Source: Heptranchias perlo | Taxonomy: Eukaryota | Reading direction: 5' to 3' | Length of the DNA: 64,000 nucleotides | Assembly (NCBI RefSeq): GCF_035084215.1 | Contig: NC_090338.1 | Span: forward strand, 5,704,001 to 5,768,000 | Shown here: positions 11,825-23,530 of the stretch, piece after piece | How positions within the stretch are numbered: position 1 is the stretch's first letter | Layout: each line of letters opens with the position of its first letter | Notes under the pieces: model-generated | Seen by the model: the letters and a program-made list of their open reading frames with translations, nothing else | Database searches by the model: none | What the model was told of the DNA's origin: nothing | Position numbers and translations under genes: made by a program

Positions 11825-11907
11825 CTTTGGTTTAACTGCGCTTGGGTCAATGTAGGCAATGGGCAGATCCATCATCATAGGTCGTAGATGCATCATAGTT
11901 TTAGGCC
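11825..11907 (-). CDS. CD74: CD74 exon 3 (CLIP region)
   Basis: ttcgcag|GG CCT AAA...CCA AAG|gtaatc; 83 nt, phase 1-0. (R)PKTMMHLRPMMMDLPIAYIDPSAVKPK aligns to the Met-rich CLIP PVSKMRMATPLLMQALPM. Confidence 0.92.
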
Positions 11908-12040
11908 CTGCGAAAAAGAAAACAAAATTTAAAAATTGTTTTTTTTTGTACATCTCAGCGACAACGTGAAAGAAAGAAATGTCTCAAAGATGCTTCACAT
12001 AATAGAGTGCAGGATGTGTTAATATATCAGCGGACACTAG

Positions 12041-12500
12041 GCCCCAGCTATGAAGAGAGACTGGGAAGATTGGGTTTGTTTTCCTTGGAGCAGAGGAGGC
12101 TGAGGGGGGACATGATTGAGGTGTACAAAATTATGAGGGGCACAGATAGGATGGATACTAAGGAGCTTTTTCCCTTCGTTGAGGGTTCTATAACAAGGGG
12201 ACATAGATTCAAGGTAAAAGGCGGGAGGTTTAGAGGGGATTTGAGAAAGAACTTTTTCACCCAGAGGGTGGTTGGTGTCTGGAACTCACTGCCTGAAAGG
12301 GTTGTGGAGGCAGGAACCCTCACAACATTCAAGAAGCATTTGGATGAGCACTTGAAATGCCATAGCATACAAGGCTACGGACCAAATGCTGGAATATGGG
12401 ATTAGAGTAGACAGGGCTTGATGGCCGGCGCGGACACGATGGGCCGAAGGGCCTCTATCCGTGCTGTATAACTCTATGACTCTATGACTCTATGACTCTA
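12041..12500 (+). mobile_element. Young CR1 3' end with (CTATGACT)n tail
   Basis: Intact ORF2 C-terminus (12007-12405) followed by an 8-mer tandem tail. Confidence 0.9.
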
Positions 12501-14310
12501 TAAACAGCAATGGGACAACTGACTCTGCCAATCTGCCTTTGGTGGTGTTGGCTGAGAGAAGGACGTTCGCCCAGGACACCTGGAAAAACCCTTCTACTCT
12601 TCCTCGAATAGTTTCACGGGATAATAGCATCCACCTGACACAAGAGACAGGACCTTTGTCATCCCATCCGAAAAGCGGCACCTCCGACAGATGATGTCAG
12701 GAAGCATTTCTTCACACAAAGGGCAGTGGAAATCTGGAACCCTCTCCCCCCAACAAAAGCTGTCGAGGCTGGGTGGGGGGGGGGGTCAATTGGAAATGAC
12801 AAAACTGAGATTGATGGATTTTTGTTAGGTGAGGGTATTAAGGGTCACGGAACCAAGGCGGGTGGGTGGAGTTAGGATACAGATCAGCCATGATCTGATT
12901 GAATGGCGTAACAGGCTCGAGGGGCTGAATGGCCTCCTCCTGTTCCTATGTTCCTTACTGTGACGGTGCAGCACTCCCTCAGTACTGCGCTGGAGTGTCA
13001 GCCTGGGTTACGTGCTCCAGCTTTGAACCCACAAACCTTCTGACCACTTGAAGTATTTCTCAGTGATAACAAGCCCTTGGCATAATCAAGGCTACCCGGC
13101 TCTGTTGGCAAGTGCACTGCCCACAATGTGTTAAATGGGCCATATAGGCCTGAAGTCCAATCCCTGGTCTATGTTACATTATGTAGAATGTACAGCACAG
13201 AAACAGGCCATTCGGCCCAACGGGTCTGTGCCGGTGTTTATGCTCCACCTTATTTCATCTCAGCCTATCAGCATTCCTTTCCCCCTCATGCACTTATCAA
13301 GCTTCCCCTCACCCTCAGCTCACAAAAGCACAAGGATCGTTTTTAACCACATTTTTATTTTGACAACACAGTGGCAGAAATATTCTTTTCACTAAATGTC
13401 AGTGATAGGATAATGTGTGGTTAACTGACCCCAGATAGGGGCATTGGGGAGGTGGGTTTCATTCAGCGTCCCTGGACTAAGAAAACAAAACAATTAGCCA
13501 GCGACCCCTGCCTCTGATTGTCGTCACATTGAACAATGCGTGTAAGTGAGCATCATGGGAGGATAAGATTGTGTGCCCTCCCACGGTTGAATAGCCTTTC
13601 AGCAAGCAGACACTTGGGCCAGGTATTGGCGGCCCACCGGTGCCTATAGACCTGCGTTGCAGGATCAGTCTGTGCTCTCAGGGGAAGGGAGTTCAAAATG
13701 GGATTTCTTTATTGGAACAGAATAGATTGGACTAGAAGGAGATGCTGATAGGGTGAGATGAAGTAGGGAGGGAGGAGGCTCGTGTGCAGCATAAACGCCG
13801 GCATGGACCAGTTGGGCCGAATGGCCTGTTTCTGTGCTGTAGTTTCGATGTAACTCGAAGTGGACCGAAGTGGCTACATGCAGTTAAGATGCAGTTGAGC
13901 CATGATCTAATTGAATGGTGGAACAGACCCGAGGGGCTGAATGGCCTCCTCCTGTTTCTACATGATGTGGAGATGCCGGTGATGGACTGGGGTTGACAAA
14001 TGTAAAGAATCTTACAAAGATTCTTACAAAAATGTAAAGAATCTGTTTCTATATGTTCTCGTTTGTACACACCAACGACCATTAGTGGATGTTCCCAGTG
14101 GAAACCCCCTCGAGAGTTTTAATTAGATTTGGGATCCTGTCTTGCAGTGGGGCCTATGGTTTGGTTTAAGTTTGATTACTGTGACCAGTACTGTTTGCTC
14201 TGTAATCTGTCTGCCGTCCGGTTTAAACGTTGACCTGTCGAGTTGTCTCAGATTTATTTATTTTTATTTGGCTTTTTGCGAAAATGGTTGAATTAAAAGG
14301 AGATATTTAC

Positions 14311-14489
14311 TGGATGGGCTCCGGCTCGCTGAGTATTTGCTTTCGATCCGACTGGTTGTCTTCTGCAGATCCGAGATCTTGTCCTGCTGTTTCAGCAAGT
14401 ACATGACACTGACAACTTGTCCAGCAATCAGCACGGCCGCCAGCACTGACACACCAGTCCAGAGAAACCCTCGGGAACACTGACGACGG
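14311..14489 (-). CDS. CD74: CD74 exon 2 (type II transmembrane segment)
   Basis: tttcag|C CGT...CCA TCC A|gtaaat; 179 nt, phase 2-1. Reads RRQCSRGFLWTGVSVLAAVLIAGQVVSVMYLLKQQDKISDLQ, matching human [22 protein letters not shown]...QQ. Confidence 0.95.
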
Positions 14490-14550
14490 CTGAAAATAGA
14501 CCAGACAAGTAAGTGTTGGACGGGAGGAAGACTGTAACGCTCTACAGGTC

Positions 14551-14976
14551 TAGGGGTTGCCAACCCTGACTGGACGTATTCCTGGAGGTTTCATCACATG
14601 GCCTCCTCACCACCCCCACCCCCTCTCCACCCCCACCCCCTCTCCACCCCCTACCCCCTCACCACCCCGCCCCACGCTCCCACCATTGGTCGCCCACCAT
14701 GTCCATCCTCATGAAGCCCCACCTTACCAGCCAATTGGAAAGTGAAGAGACTCTTTGTTACCCGGTTTGGATGATTCTTGACTGTCAGTCAAACGGCCTT
14801 TTCTTCTCCTCCCCACCTTCCCATCGCCAATATATTTAGAAACAATAAAGCAAAAATATTGAAAGAAAATGATTTTTTTTTAATGCCCCTATGAGTTGCT
14901 CCCAGCAGTTGCCCTGGAGATTAATCTTCAATTCCTGGAGACTCCAGGACAATCCTGGAGAGTTGGAAACTCCCTA
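14551..14976. mobile_element. Non-autonomous DNA-transposon-like element with imperfect terminal inverted repeats
   Basis: taggggttgccaaccct at the left end and agagttggaaactcccta at the right end. Confidence 0.55.
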
Positions 14977-15030
14977 ATAAGATCCCCTGTTGTTCACCTC
15001 TGAACCTTTCTTTATAACTCAATCATCTAA

Positions 15031-15255
15031 GATGTGGCGATGCCGGTGATGGACTGGGGTTGACAATTGTAAACAATTTTACAACACCAAGTTATAGTCC
15101 AGCAATTTTATTTTAAATTCCACAAGCTTTCGGAGGCTTCCTCCTTCCTCAGGTTCCAACATCGTTCACCTGAGGAAGGAGGAAGCCTCCGAAAGCTTGT
15201 GAATTTAAAATAAAATTGCTGGACTATAACTTGGTGTTGTAAAATTGTTTACAAT
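15031..15255. mobile_element. Palindromic Penelope-type insertion with minimal hammerhead motif (15165-15203, plus)
   Basis: ~88 bp inverted arms (15066-15154 / 15168-15255); TSD caatcatctaa (15020-15030 / 15256-15266); motif TTCAC-CTGAGGA-stem II-GAAA-GCTT-GTGAA. Confidence 0.78.
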
Positions 15256-15699
15256 CAATCATCTAACACTCGGGACCAGCCCCCCGGCCCATCTCACATC
15301 GCTTCCAGGGCCTGGCTGTTTCCCCTTGTGCCTGGACAATAGCACTAAACAGTGTGACCATCTCACATTCACGCTGTGCTGATCTGCCATCTCAGCGCTG
15401 AAATAAAAACAGAAAATGCTGGAAACACTCAGCAGGTCAGGCAGTAACTGTGGAGGGAGAGAGAAACAGAGTTAACGTTTCAGGTCAGTGACCTTTCATC
15501 ACAACTGGAAGAAGTTAGAGATTTAACAGTTTTTTAAGCAAGTACAGAGCCAGGGAAAAGGGGGAGGGAGGAGAGGGGAGGAGAGGGGAGGAAAGATCAA
15601 AAGGGAAAGTCTGTGATAGGATGGGCGGAGGGCAGGAGTGATTAAATGACAAAAGGGATGATGGTGCGAGGCGAGGAGGGTGGGAATGGGACAAGTAAA

Positions 15700-16480
15700 C
15701 AAGAGAATAAGGAGGCCACATACTGCTCAGATAATAAGAGTCTAAACCGGATAGAGGACCAAAGGGATCTGGGGGTACAGATACACAAATCACTAAAAGT
15801 AGCGACACAAGTTAATAAGGCCATTAAAATAGGCAAACCAAGCACTGGGGTTCATTTCTAGAGGGATAGAATTGAAAAGCAGAGAAGTTATGTTAAATTT
15901 GTATAGAAACTTGGTTAGACCACACTTGAGCACTGTGCACAGTTCTGGTCTCCATATTATAAAATGGATATAGAGGCACTGGAGAAGGTGCAAGAAAGAT
16001 TCACAAGAATGATACCAGAACTGAGAGGTTTTACCTATCAGGAAAGATTGAACAGGCTGGGGATCTTTTCTATAGAAAAGAGAAGGCTGAGGGTTGACCT
16101 GATAGAGGTCTTTAGGATTATGAAAGGGTTTGATAGGGTAGACGTAGAGAAGATATTTCCACTTGTGGGGGAGACCAGAACTAGGGGCCATAAATATATA
16201 ACAGTCACTAATAAATCCAATCGGGAATTCAGGAGAAACTTCTTTACCCAGAGAGTGGTTAGAATGTGGAACTCGCTCCCACAAGGAATAGTTGAGGCAA
16301 ATAGCATAGATACATTTAAGGGGAAACTAGATATAAATACATGAGGGAGAAAAGAATAGAAGGATATGTTGATAGAGTGAGATGAAGTAGGGCGGGAGGA
16401 GGCTGGTGTGGAGCATAAATGTCAGCATGGATCATTTGGGCCGAATGGCCTGTTTCTGTGCTGTAGTTTCGATGTAACTT
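15700..16480 (+). mobile_element. CR1 LINE 3' fragment
   Basis: ORFs 15646-15861 and 15964-16344 carry CR1 motifs. Confidence 0.9.
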
Positions 16481-17716
16481 GATGTAAAAGATGGGTCTAG
16501 AGTAGCTGTAAATAGCAACAGCAGAACCACTACCGGCACCTGCTTTGTCGAACGCTGCTCTGCGATAGACATGGTGGTTAAGCATGCTCACATCCTCAGA
16601 TAGCTTTCAGCTTCTCCCTCGCTGGGACCTTCACCATTCAATGAGTGAGCGTGGCTCCCATTCTTTCTCCCAAGACCTTGCACCTTGACCTTTATTGAAT
16701 TCCATCTGCTTTTGTTCTGTCAAACACTACAGGTATTGCCCAGGTCAATAACTGCTGGCCCGTTTCATTCGGCTGCACTGTCCCCGCCCGGCTTAGTACC
16801 ATCCGCAAATTTGACCAATTTACATCGTGTTTCTGAATCCAGGTTTTGTAGATCAACGATTGGAATTAGAATAGAATCATAGAAAGGTTACAGCATGGAA
16901 GAAGGCCATTCGGCCCATTGAGTCCACGCCGGCTCTATGCAGAAGCAATCCAGCTAGTCCCACTCCCCCGCCCTATCCCCGTAGCCCTGCAAATTTTTTC
17001 CTTTCAAGTACTTATCCAGTTCCCTTTTGAAAAGCCACACAAATTGGTAATTACCAAAAATTTAACTCAGTCTCAATGGCTGATCCTCAGGGGCATTGTT
17101 CACAGTCCCAGGAAAGTCCCAGGGCTTTGCCCACTCAACTAGTGGAGCAATGGTCAACATGCAACATTAGCAACAATCTAGGAGGGAAGAAAATCAGCTC
17201 GATTTCCTGCTCCCAATTTTATTTTTATTCATTCTTGGGATGTATATATTCATTCTCAATTGCCATCGCTGGTATTACTGAATAGCTTGCTAGGTCACTT
17301 CAGAGGGCAGTTAAGAGTCAACCACGTTGGTGTGGGACTGGAGTCACAGACCGGGTAAGGACGGCAGGTTTCATTCCCTAAAAAGGACATTAGTGAACCA
17401 GTTGGGATTTTACGGTCTGACAGCCTTACGGTCACTTTTACTGATACCAGATTTTTTTTTTAAACTGGATTAAAATTCTCAAACTGCCCACGGTGGTATT
17501 TGAAGTCACAGTGTTCTGGATTACTAGTCTAGTAACGTAATCAATACACCACCGTACCCCTATCCACACACACTCACACACAAACGGATGCCATAAATTA
17601 TTTACCAAAATTATTACACACTTCTCAGTCTTCCATCACGCTGTGTGACACATCCTGAAGGAGGTTACATCCATTTTAGGTTCAGGGAGACCCCTCGTCC
17701 AGTGTGAAGCATTTTC

Positions 17717-17931
17717 CTCAGAGGCAGCTCTCAAACAAAATGGCCACTCATTGATTACCCAGTCGGAAAATAACCTTGGGCCTGCGTCTAATGGATTAGA
17801 CACGACTGTTCTACATTTTGTGGGGACAAATCTTATGGAAATTTCCTCCTAGACCCTATAAAAATAAGATATCTCAAAGAATGTTGTGGCCGATAGAAGG
17901 GCGGCCATTTTGTTTGAGAGCAGTCTCAGAG
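17717..17931. mobile_element. MITE-like element, ~215 bp
   Basis: Perfect 19-bp inverted repeat gctctcaaacaaaatggcc (17727-17745 / 17903-17921), extending imperfectly to ~29 bp. Confidence 0.6.
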
Positions 17932-18447
17932 CAAGTTAATAAGACTGCCTGTTCGCATTGACCCTAAAGATTGTTGTTTCAAGTGGGCTTTTCCTGTATT
18001 CTGGTTTTGATGACTTCATCCTCGTTAACAGTCTAGTCCCTAATTTTATTTTAACCTGATATTAACCAAAGTCTGAGGGAGAAAAAAGGAGTTTCTGGAA
18101 AGAGATGAGATGCCAATCACACCCCACCCTGACTCCAATACCAACCAACGCCAATATAAGGTGGACCCAAAGCGTTGATTTTTACAAATCAACTCACCAA
18201 CTCCCAAACACATCGACTCCCCCAGGGCCATAAAGCGTTGAGCCCCTCGCAATATATAAGGCAATCCAACCAAATTCAAATACCTCAACAATATAATATT
18301 TCAATGTAAATCACTTCTAGGACAATGCCAACTAAATGCACCAAGATTCAACCAGAAATGTAAATGTTTGTAAGTCCTTCAAAAAAAAAGCATTTGTTAA
18401 AACATCTGCACTCGTCCAAATTGGATTGAATCCAGAACAGTCCAGTT

Positions 18448-18570
18448 TGTGTGTGTGTATATGTGTGGGCGTGTGTGTGTGAGTGCGTGGGTGTGAGTGT
18501 GTGTGAGTGCATGGGTGTGAGTGTGTGGGCGTGGGTGTGAGTGTGAGTGAGTGTGTGTGTGGGCGTGCGA
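18448..18570. repeat. Imperfect (GT)n/(GTGA)n microsatellite
   Basis: Direct inspection. Confidence 0.9.
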
Positions 18571-18808
18571 GGTTGCGATGCCCCCATTGCATATTGGCAC
18601 TCAGTGTCCAGGGTCCCAAGTGAAGAATTCCCACCTGGGTATCATCTAAGAGGAAGTGAACGAGTGTGAGGAAATGATGATAAGCTTAATCTCACTCAGG
18701 CCATTTGTATTTATTAATTTTAAAAGGAGTCATGTACAAAATCATCTCCCCTGCCGTGCAGAAAATAAAATAAATCAGCTGTTCCTGATAGCTCACCAGT
18801 GACCTCTG

Positions 18809-18979
18809 NNNNNNNNNNNNNNNNNNNNNNNNNNNNNNNNNNNNNNNNNNNNNNNNNNNNNNNNNNNNNNNNNNNNNNNNNNNNNNNNNNNNNNNNNNNN
18901 NNNNNNNNNNNNNNNNNNNNNNNNNNNNNNNNNNNNNNNNNNNNNNNNNNNNNNNNNNNNNNNNNNNNNNNNNNNNNNN
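18809..18979. other. Assembly gap (N run) in CD74 intron 1
   Basis: Run of n characters. Confidence 1.
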
Positions 18980-19928
18980 GTCTGACTCAGAGGTGAGACT
19001 GCTGCCCACGGAGCCAGGGCTGATACTGAATGGAGATGGAGGCAGATTGGAGCACTGGTCAGTCGGGACTGTTTGGGAGAGCGCTCTGAGTTACCTGCTT
19101 TGGTCAATCTCCAGTCTTTTCAGCGTCCACCTTAACACTACCCGCTTAACCCGCACTTAGAAATGGAATTAAAATACTAAAAGATTTTAGACTGAGAAGA
19201 AACAGCTCAGTTTCATCTTTCATTTTCCCTTAAGTTCCAATTCCCAAACTGGGTTTCTTGGTGCCTGTCGCCTGAAGCAGACAGCTCGATATTCTTCAAG
19301 GGCTCCGTCCCCACTGCTCACAGAGAGCAATCATTTTCTCCCAAACAGTTCTGGGTGACCAGTTCTCTGATCTGCGTCTCTCCCCATTTAGCACTCGCTT
19401 GGTAACCAGGAGAGAATCCAGAGACTCTTCTGAAAATAAACTAATACGGTGATTTACCGCCTTCCAGGGGCATCTGCACATTTTTTTATTAACCTTTTTA
19501 GAGTGAGTCACACACACCATCCCGACTTGGAAATACATCACCCGTTCCTTCATCGTCGCTGGGTCAAAATCCTGGAACTCCCTTCCTAACAGCACTGTGG
19601 GAGAACCCTCACCACACGGACTGCAGCGGTTCAAGAAGGCGGCTCACCACCACCTTCTCAAGGGGCAACTGATGATGGGCAATAAATGCAATAGTTCCCA
19701 GCGACGCCCACCTCCCCAGAATGGATTTTTAAAAAAATAATTCACGGCAGGACGCAACAGATAGGGGGCTACCCTATAACATCTTCGCAGACTCCTCACT
19801 CTTGACCCGCTACACCAGCCAAAGTTCGGCTCGCAAGAGTGTGTGGCCATTCTCCGACGAGAATCTCAATTGCCACACCAATCAAATATTTTTGGTTTGT
19901 TTTTTGTTTTTAATGATTTGAATCTTAC

Positions 19929-20029
19929 CTCTGCCCAGTAGCAACGCTGCCCGTTTCCACCGCGGCATTGCTGGTTATGTCTTGCTGCGAGTTATTGAGC
20001 AAAGCATTCTGCTGTTCGTCTGTCGCCAT
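19929..20029 (-). CDS. CD74: CD74 invariant chain, coding exon 1 (cytoplasmic tail)
   Basis: Minus strand ccacaATGGCG (good Kozak) reads MATDEQQNALLNNSQQDITSNAAVETGSVATGQ(S) and ends AG|gtaaga. It is 101 nt, phase 2, matching exon 2. The acidic di-leucine-like motif resembles human MDDQRDLI. Confidence 0.88.
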
Positions 20030-20169
20030 TGTGGAGGGAGCCGCTCGTCGACAATAGCTCTGCCTTTACCGAGACACTTGCTGCACTGACCTGTCTCAGG
20101 CTGAAGATTTCAATCTTGTGCTCAGCGAGGCGTGTGCACAGCTTGATCAAGGCTTTTTTTTTTCTCTCT

Positions 20170-20222
20170 CGCAACCAATAATAAAGAGGAAGTTGGCACT
20201 GACATGGTCTGGAAAGTCCCTA
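20170..20222 (-). promoter_or_regulatory. CD74 proximal promoter motifs: CCAAT (20175-20179), PU.1/ETS AAAGAGGAAGT (20183-20193), NF-kB GGGACTTTCC (20211-20220)
   Basis: Three consensus motifs within ~50 bp, 145-190 bp upstream of the ATG. The kB site is the exact canonical decamer on the gene strand. Confidence 0.65.
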
Positions 20223-20274
20223 CCGTATATAATAGAACATGAGCCGATCTTGAATATAAGCACACAGTATATGG

Positions 20275-20720
20275 TCTATCAGCCTGTGGATCAGTAGGTA
20301 GCACTGTTTCTCTCTCTCTCTCTCGCCTCTGAGTCAGATGGTTGTGGTTTCACAGTCCCCACTCCAGAGACTTGAGCACAGAATCCGGGCTGACACTCCC
20401 GGTGCAGCACTGAGGGAGCCCTACACTAACAGAGGGGCCGTCTTTCGGATGAGACGTTAAACCGAGGCCCCGTCTGCCCTCTCAGGTGGACGTAAAAGAT
20501 CCCACGGCCACTGATGTGAAAAAGTGCAGGGGAGTTCTTCCTGGGGCCAATATTTATCCTTCAAGCAACAATCCCAAAAAAATAGGTTAGTCATTTATTT
20601 CATTGCTGTTTGTGGGATCTTGCTGTGCACAAAATGGCTGCCGCATTTCCTACATTACAACAGTGACTACACTTCAAAAGTATCTCATTGGCTGTAAAGC
20701 GCTTTGGGACGTCCCGAAAG
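20275..20720 (+). mobile_element. Deu-domain SINE immediately upstream of the CD74 promoter
   Basis: Same family as 9783-10230. Confidence 0.85.
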
Positions 20721-20899
20721 CACTACTGAAAGGCCAGTTCAGCTTGAATTAGCCTGCTGATCCTCACCACCTTGGCTCACATCTGAAGAATGGCAACTTG
20801 CACAGGGGGGCAGCTAACACATGGAACTCCAGCGAGAGGGGAAGAGAGGGGAGAGATCCTTTCAAACAGGGAAGGGCGAAGGGAGCTGGCTTCAAACAG

Positions 20900-20970
20900 A
20901 AACTCCTTTCTATTTCGTGATATTTGATAAGCACCAACACACTTGCTCCAATCTCAGTGTTTCCGAGAAC
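20900..20970. promoter_or_regulatory. Candidate interferon-response cluster: ISRE-like GAAATAGAAA (20907-20916, minus), CCAAT (20948-20952), GAS TTCCGAGAA (20961-20969)
   Basis: Consensus matches in a short unique island between two SINEs, ~0.9 kb upstream of the CD74 ATG. Confidence 0.4.
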
Positions 20971-21084
20971 ATCTTACCTGACACTACACAACCCATATTT
21001 CAATGACAATTGAAACTTGTTCCACTAGTCTGTTGGCGCCAAATTCGCCAGCTGTAAATACTAAAGATTGAAGAAAGAACAAAA

Positions 21085-21530
21085 GAACCTGCATTTCTCT
21101 AGCGCCTTTCACCACCTCAAGATGTCCCAAAGCGCTTTTAAAGTGTGGTCACTGTTGTAATGTAGGGAATACGGCAGCCAATTTGCGCACAGCAAGATCC
21201 CACAAACAACAATGTGATAAATGACCAGATAATCTGCTTTAGTGATGGTGGTTGAGGGATAAATGTTGGTCAGGACGACAGGGAGAATTTCCCTGCTCTT
21301 CTTCAAACTAGTGGCTATGGGATCTTTTACCTCCACCTGAGAGGGCAGAGGGGGCCTCGGTTAACATCTCACCCAAAAGACGGCACCAGCAACACTGCAG
21401 CACTCCCTCAGTACCGCACTGGGAGTGTCAGCACTGATTGTGTGCGCAAGTCTCTGGAGTGGGGCTCGAACCCACGACCTTCTGACTCAGAGGCCAGAGG
21501 GCTACCCACTGAGGCACGGCCTACACCGAC
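21085..21530 (-). mobile_element. Deu-domain SINE (inverted relative to the 20275 copy)
   Basis: Reverse complement of the same family. Confidence 0.85.
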
Positions 21531-22717
21531 ATGAGGTTTCTTAAGAGAAGCTTTTTCATGAAGAGCTTGATTTGAACCACTTCAGAGCATTCTCATTGAA
21601 GCTAGTGCTATGGCTCAGTAAATGAACACACCCCAGTACTGAGCCAGAAAGACCACAATGTTCTCTGGTTTGAGCCCTGGCCTGTGCTGAGCTAGCTGAC
21701 GGATCAATGGGAGGGATTCTCCAAGTGGCCTTGGCTCCCCTGAGCTGGAGATGGAGGGGGAATTGTCAGCTAGGGCTCTTCTGTATCTGCTGATCCCTGC
21801 TAGACAATGCTCAGGGTAAGGGCAGGTGATCAAATGACCAACTGACCCTCACAGTCTGGACCTCACACATGGTGACTGGCCAAGTTATGAGAGATTATCA
21901 GTGCCCATGGACTGTAAGATAGTCCCTAATAAATCCAATAAGGAATTCAGGAGAAACTTCTTTACCCAGAGAGTGGTGAGAATGTGGAACTCGCTCCCAC
22001 AAGGAGTAGTTGAGGTGAATAGTGTAGATGCATTTAAAGGGGAAGCTGGATAAACACACGAGGGAGAAAGGAATAGGAGGATATGCTGACAGGGTTTAGA
22101 TGAAGTAGGGAGGGAGGAGGCTCGAGTGGAGCACAAACACCGCCATAGAACCAATTGGACCGAACGGCCTGTTTCTGTGCTCGGTGTAACTCCAGCAAAC
22201 GTTGACGCTTTCAGGAGGAGGGGAGCAGAAACGAGGGGGCGAGGGGTGGAGAAGAGGGAAGAAATGGAAGAAATACCAGTCTTGATTAGGAGGGTCCCTT
22301 CTAGTTCCCTATCCAGGAGAGGCTGCTCCTCATCTCTGTCCCGCAGAGCGTCCCTTATTACGTGGCAAGCTGAGAGCCACCAGACTGAAAATGTTCCCTT
22401 TTTTTGGAAATGTAAGAGGTTCAAGTCACAAACTGAAGTGAAAATCCTGAACCATGTACGACATTAAATCATTTCCATTTTTTCTTTTTTTTTAACTCTT
22501 TAACTGCCGTGAGATCTTTCCCTCCCTTTTGTTTATTTTCTCTCCACTATTTTATTTTTATTTTTTCTGGCTTCCCTGAAGAACAATGCTGTAACCCCCT
22601 GAGAGTCACTTCCGGTTGCGTTTTGTGAGAGATCTCCCTCCTTTCCCCGGTGTAAAATGTCTGGTCTCCATTGGACAGCCATCCTTACGATGCACAGCCA
22701 AGGTCAGGTCCTCCCCG

Positions 22718-22865
22718 TGTGGGGGAGGAGAGGAGAGGAGAGGAGGGGGTGTGGGGGAGGAGAGGAGAGGAGTGGAGGGGGGGGGGGGAAGGAGAGGAGG
22801 GGGGGGAGGAGAGGAGAGGAGGGGGTGTGGGGGAGGAGAGGAGAGGGGGGGGGGAGGAGAGCGGG
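22718..22865. repeat. G/A-rich low-complexity tandem repeat (gtgtgggggaggagaggag units)
   Basis: Direct inspection. Confidence 0.9.
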
Positions 22866-23019
22866 GGTCGGGTAACGAACATGAATCCACAAGGCCATGA
22901 AACAGGGCAACAAGAGAAGGAAGGAGGATGAATTTTAAAAAGCTTTAGAAGACTTAGGGAGTCAGGATTCACATATAGCATCCAACATCATTCATCAAGG
23001 AAACACTATTTTTAAAATA

Positions 23020-23530
23020 TAGAATCATAGGATCTTACAGCACAGAAGGAGGCCATTCAGCCCATTGTGCCTGTGCTGGCTCTTTGAAAGAGCTGTCCAA
23101 TTTAGTCCCACACCCTAGCTTTTTCCCCATAACCTTGCAAATCAATCCTCTCCACATACATGTCCAAAAGCCTTTTGAAAGTTCCTATGGAATCTGCTTC
23201 CACCGCCCTTTCAGGGAGTGCGTTCCAGATCATAACAACCCCGTGTGTGAAAAAATTTCTCCTCATTTCCCCTCTGGTTCTTTTGCCAATGATTTTAAAT
23301 CTGTGCCCTCTGGTCACCGACCCACTTGCCAGAGGAAACAGTTTCTCCTTATTTACTCTAACAAAACCCCTCATGATTTTGAACACCTCCATTAAATCTC
23401 CCCTTAACCTTCTCTGCTCTAAGGAGAACAACCCCAGCTTCTCCAATCTTTCCATATCCCTCATCCCTGGTATCATCCCGAGAAACCGACCCTCCTCTGC
23501 TACCTTTCCAAGGCCTTGACATCCTTCCTG
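23020..23530 (-). mobile_element. CR1 LINE 3' fragment
   Basis: ORF 23102-23476. Confidence 0.9.

Noticed and set aside
20030-20170. Upstream in-frame ATG giving a p35-type N-terminal extension of CD74
   Set aside because: I saw no ATG on the gene strand between the promoter motifs and the assigned start.
22370-22720. ETS (CACTTCCGG), IRF-like and CCAAT motifs ~2.5 kb upstream of CD74
   Set aside because: There is no convincing X-Y spacing, and short motifs alone are not enough to call an element.
22606-22981. Several Pro- or Gly/Glu-rich ORFs
   Set aside because: They come from a low-complexity G/A repeat that is open in many frames, with no splice or homology support.
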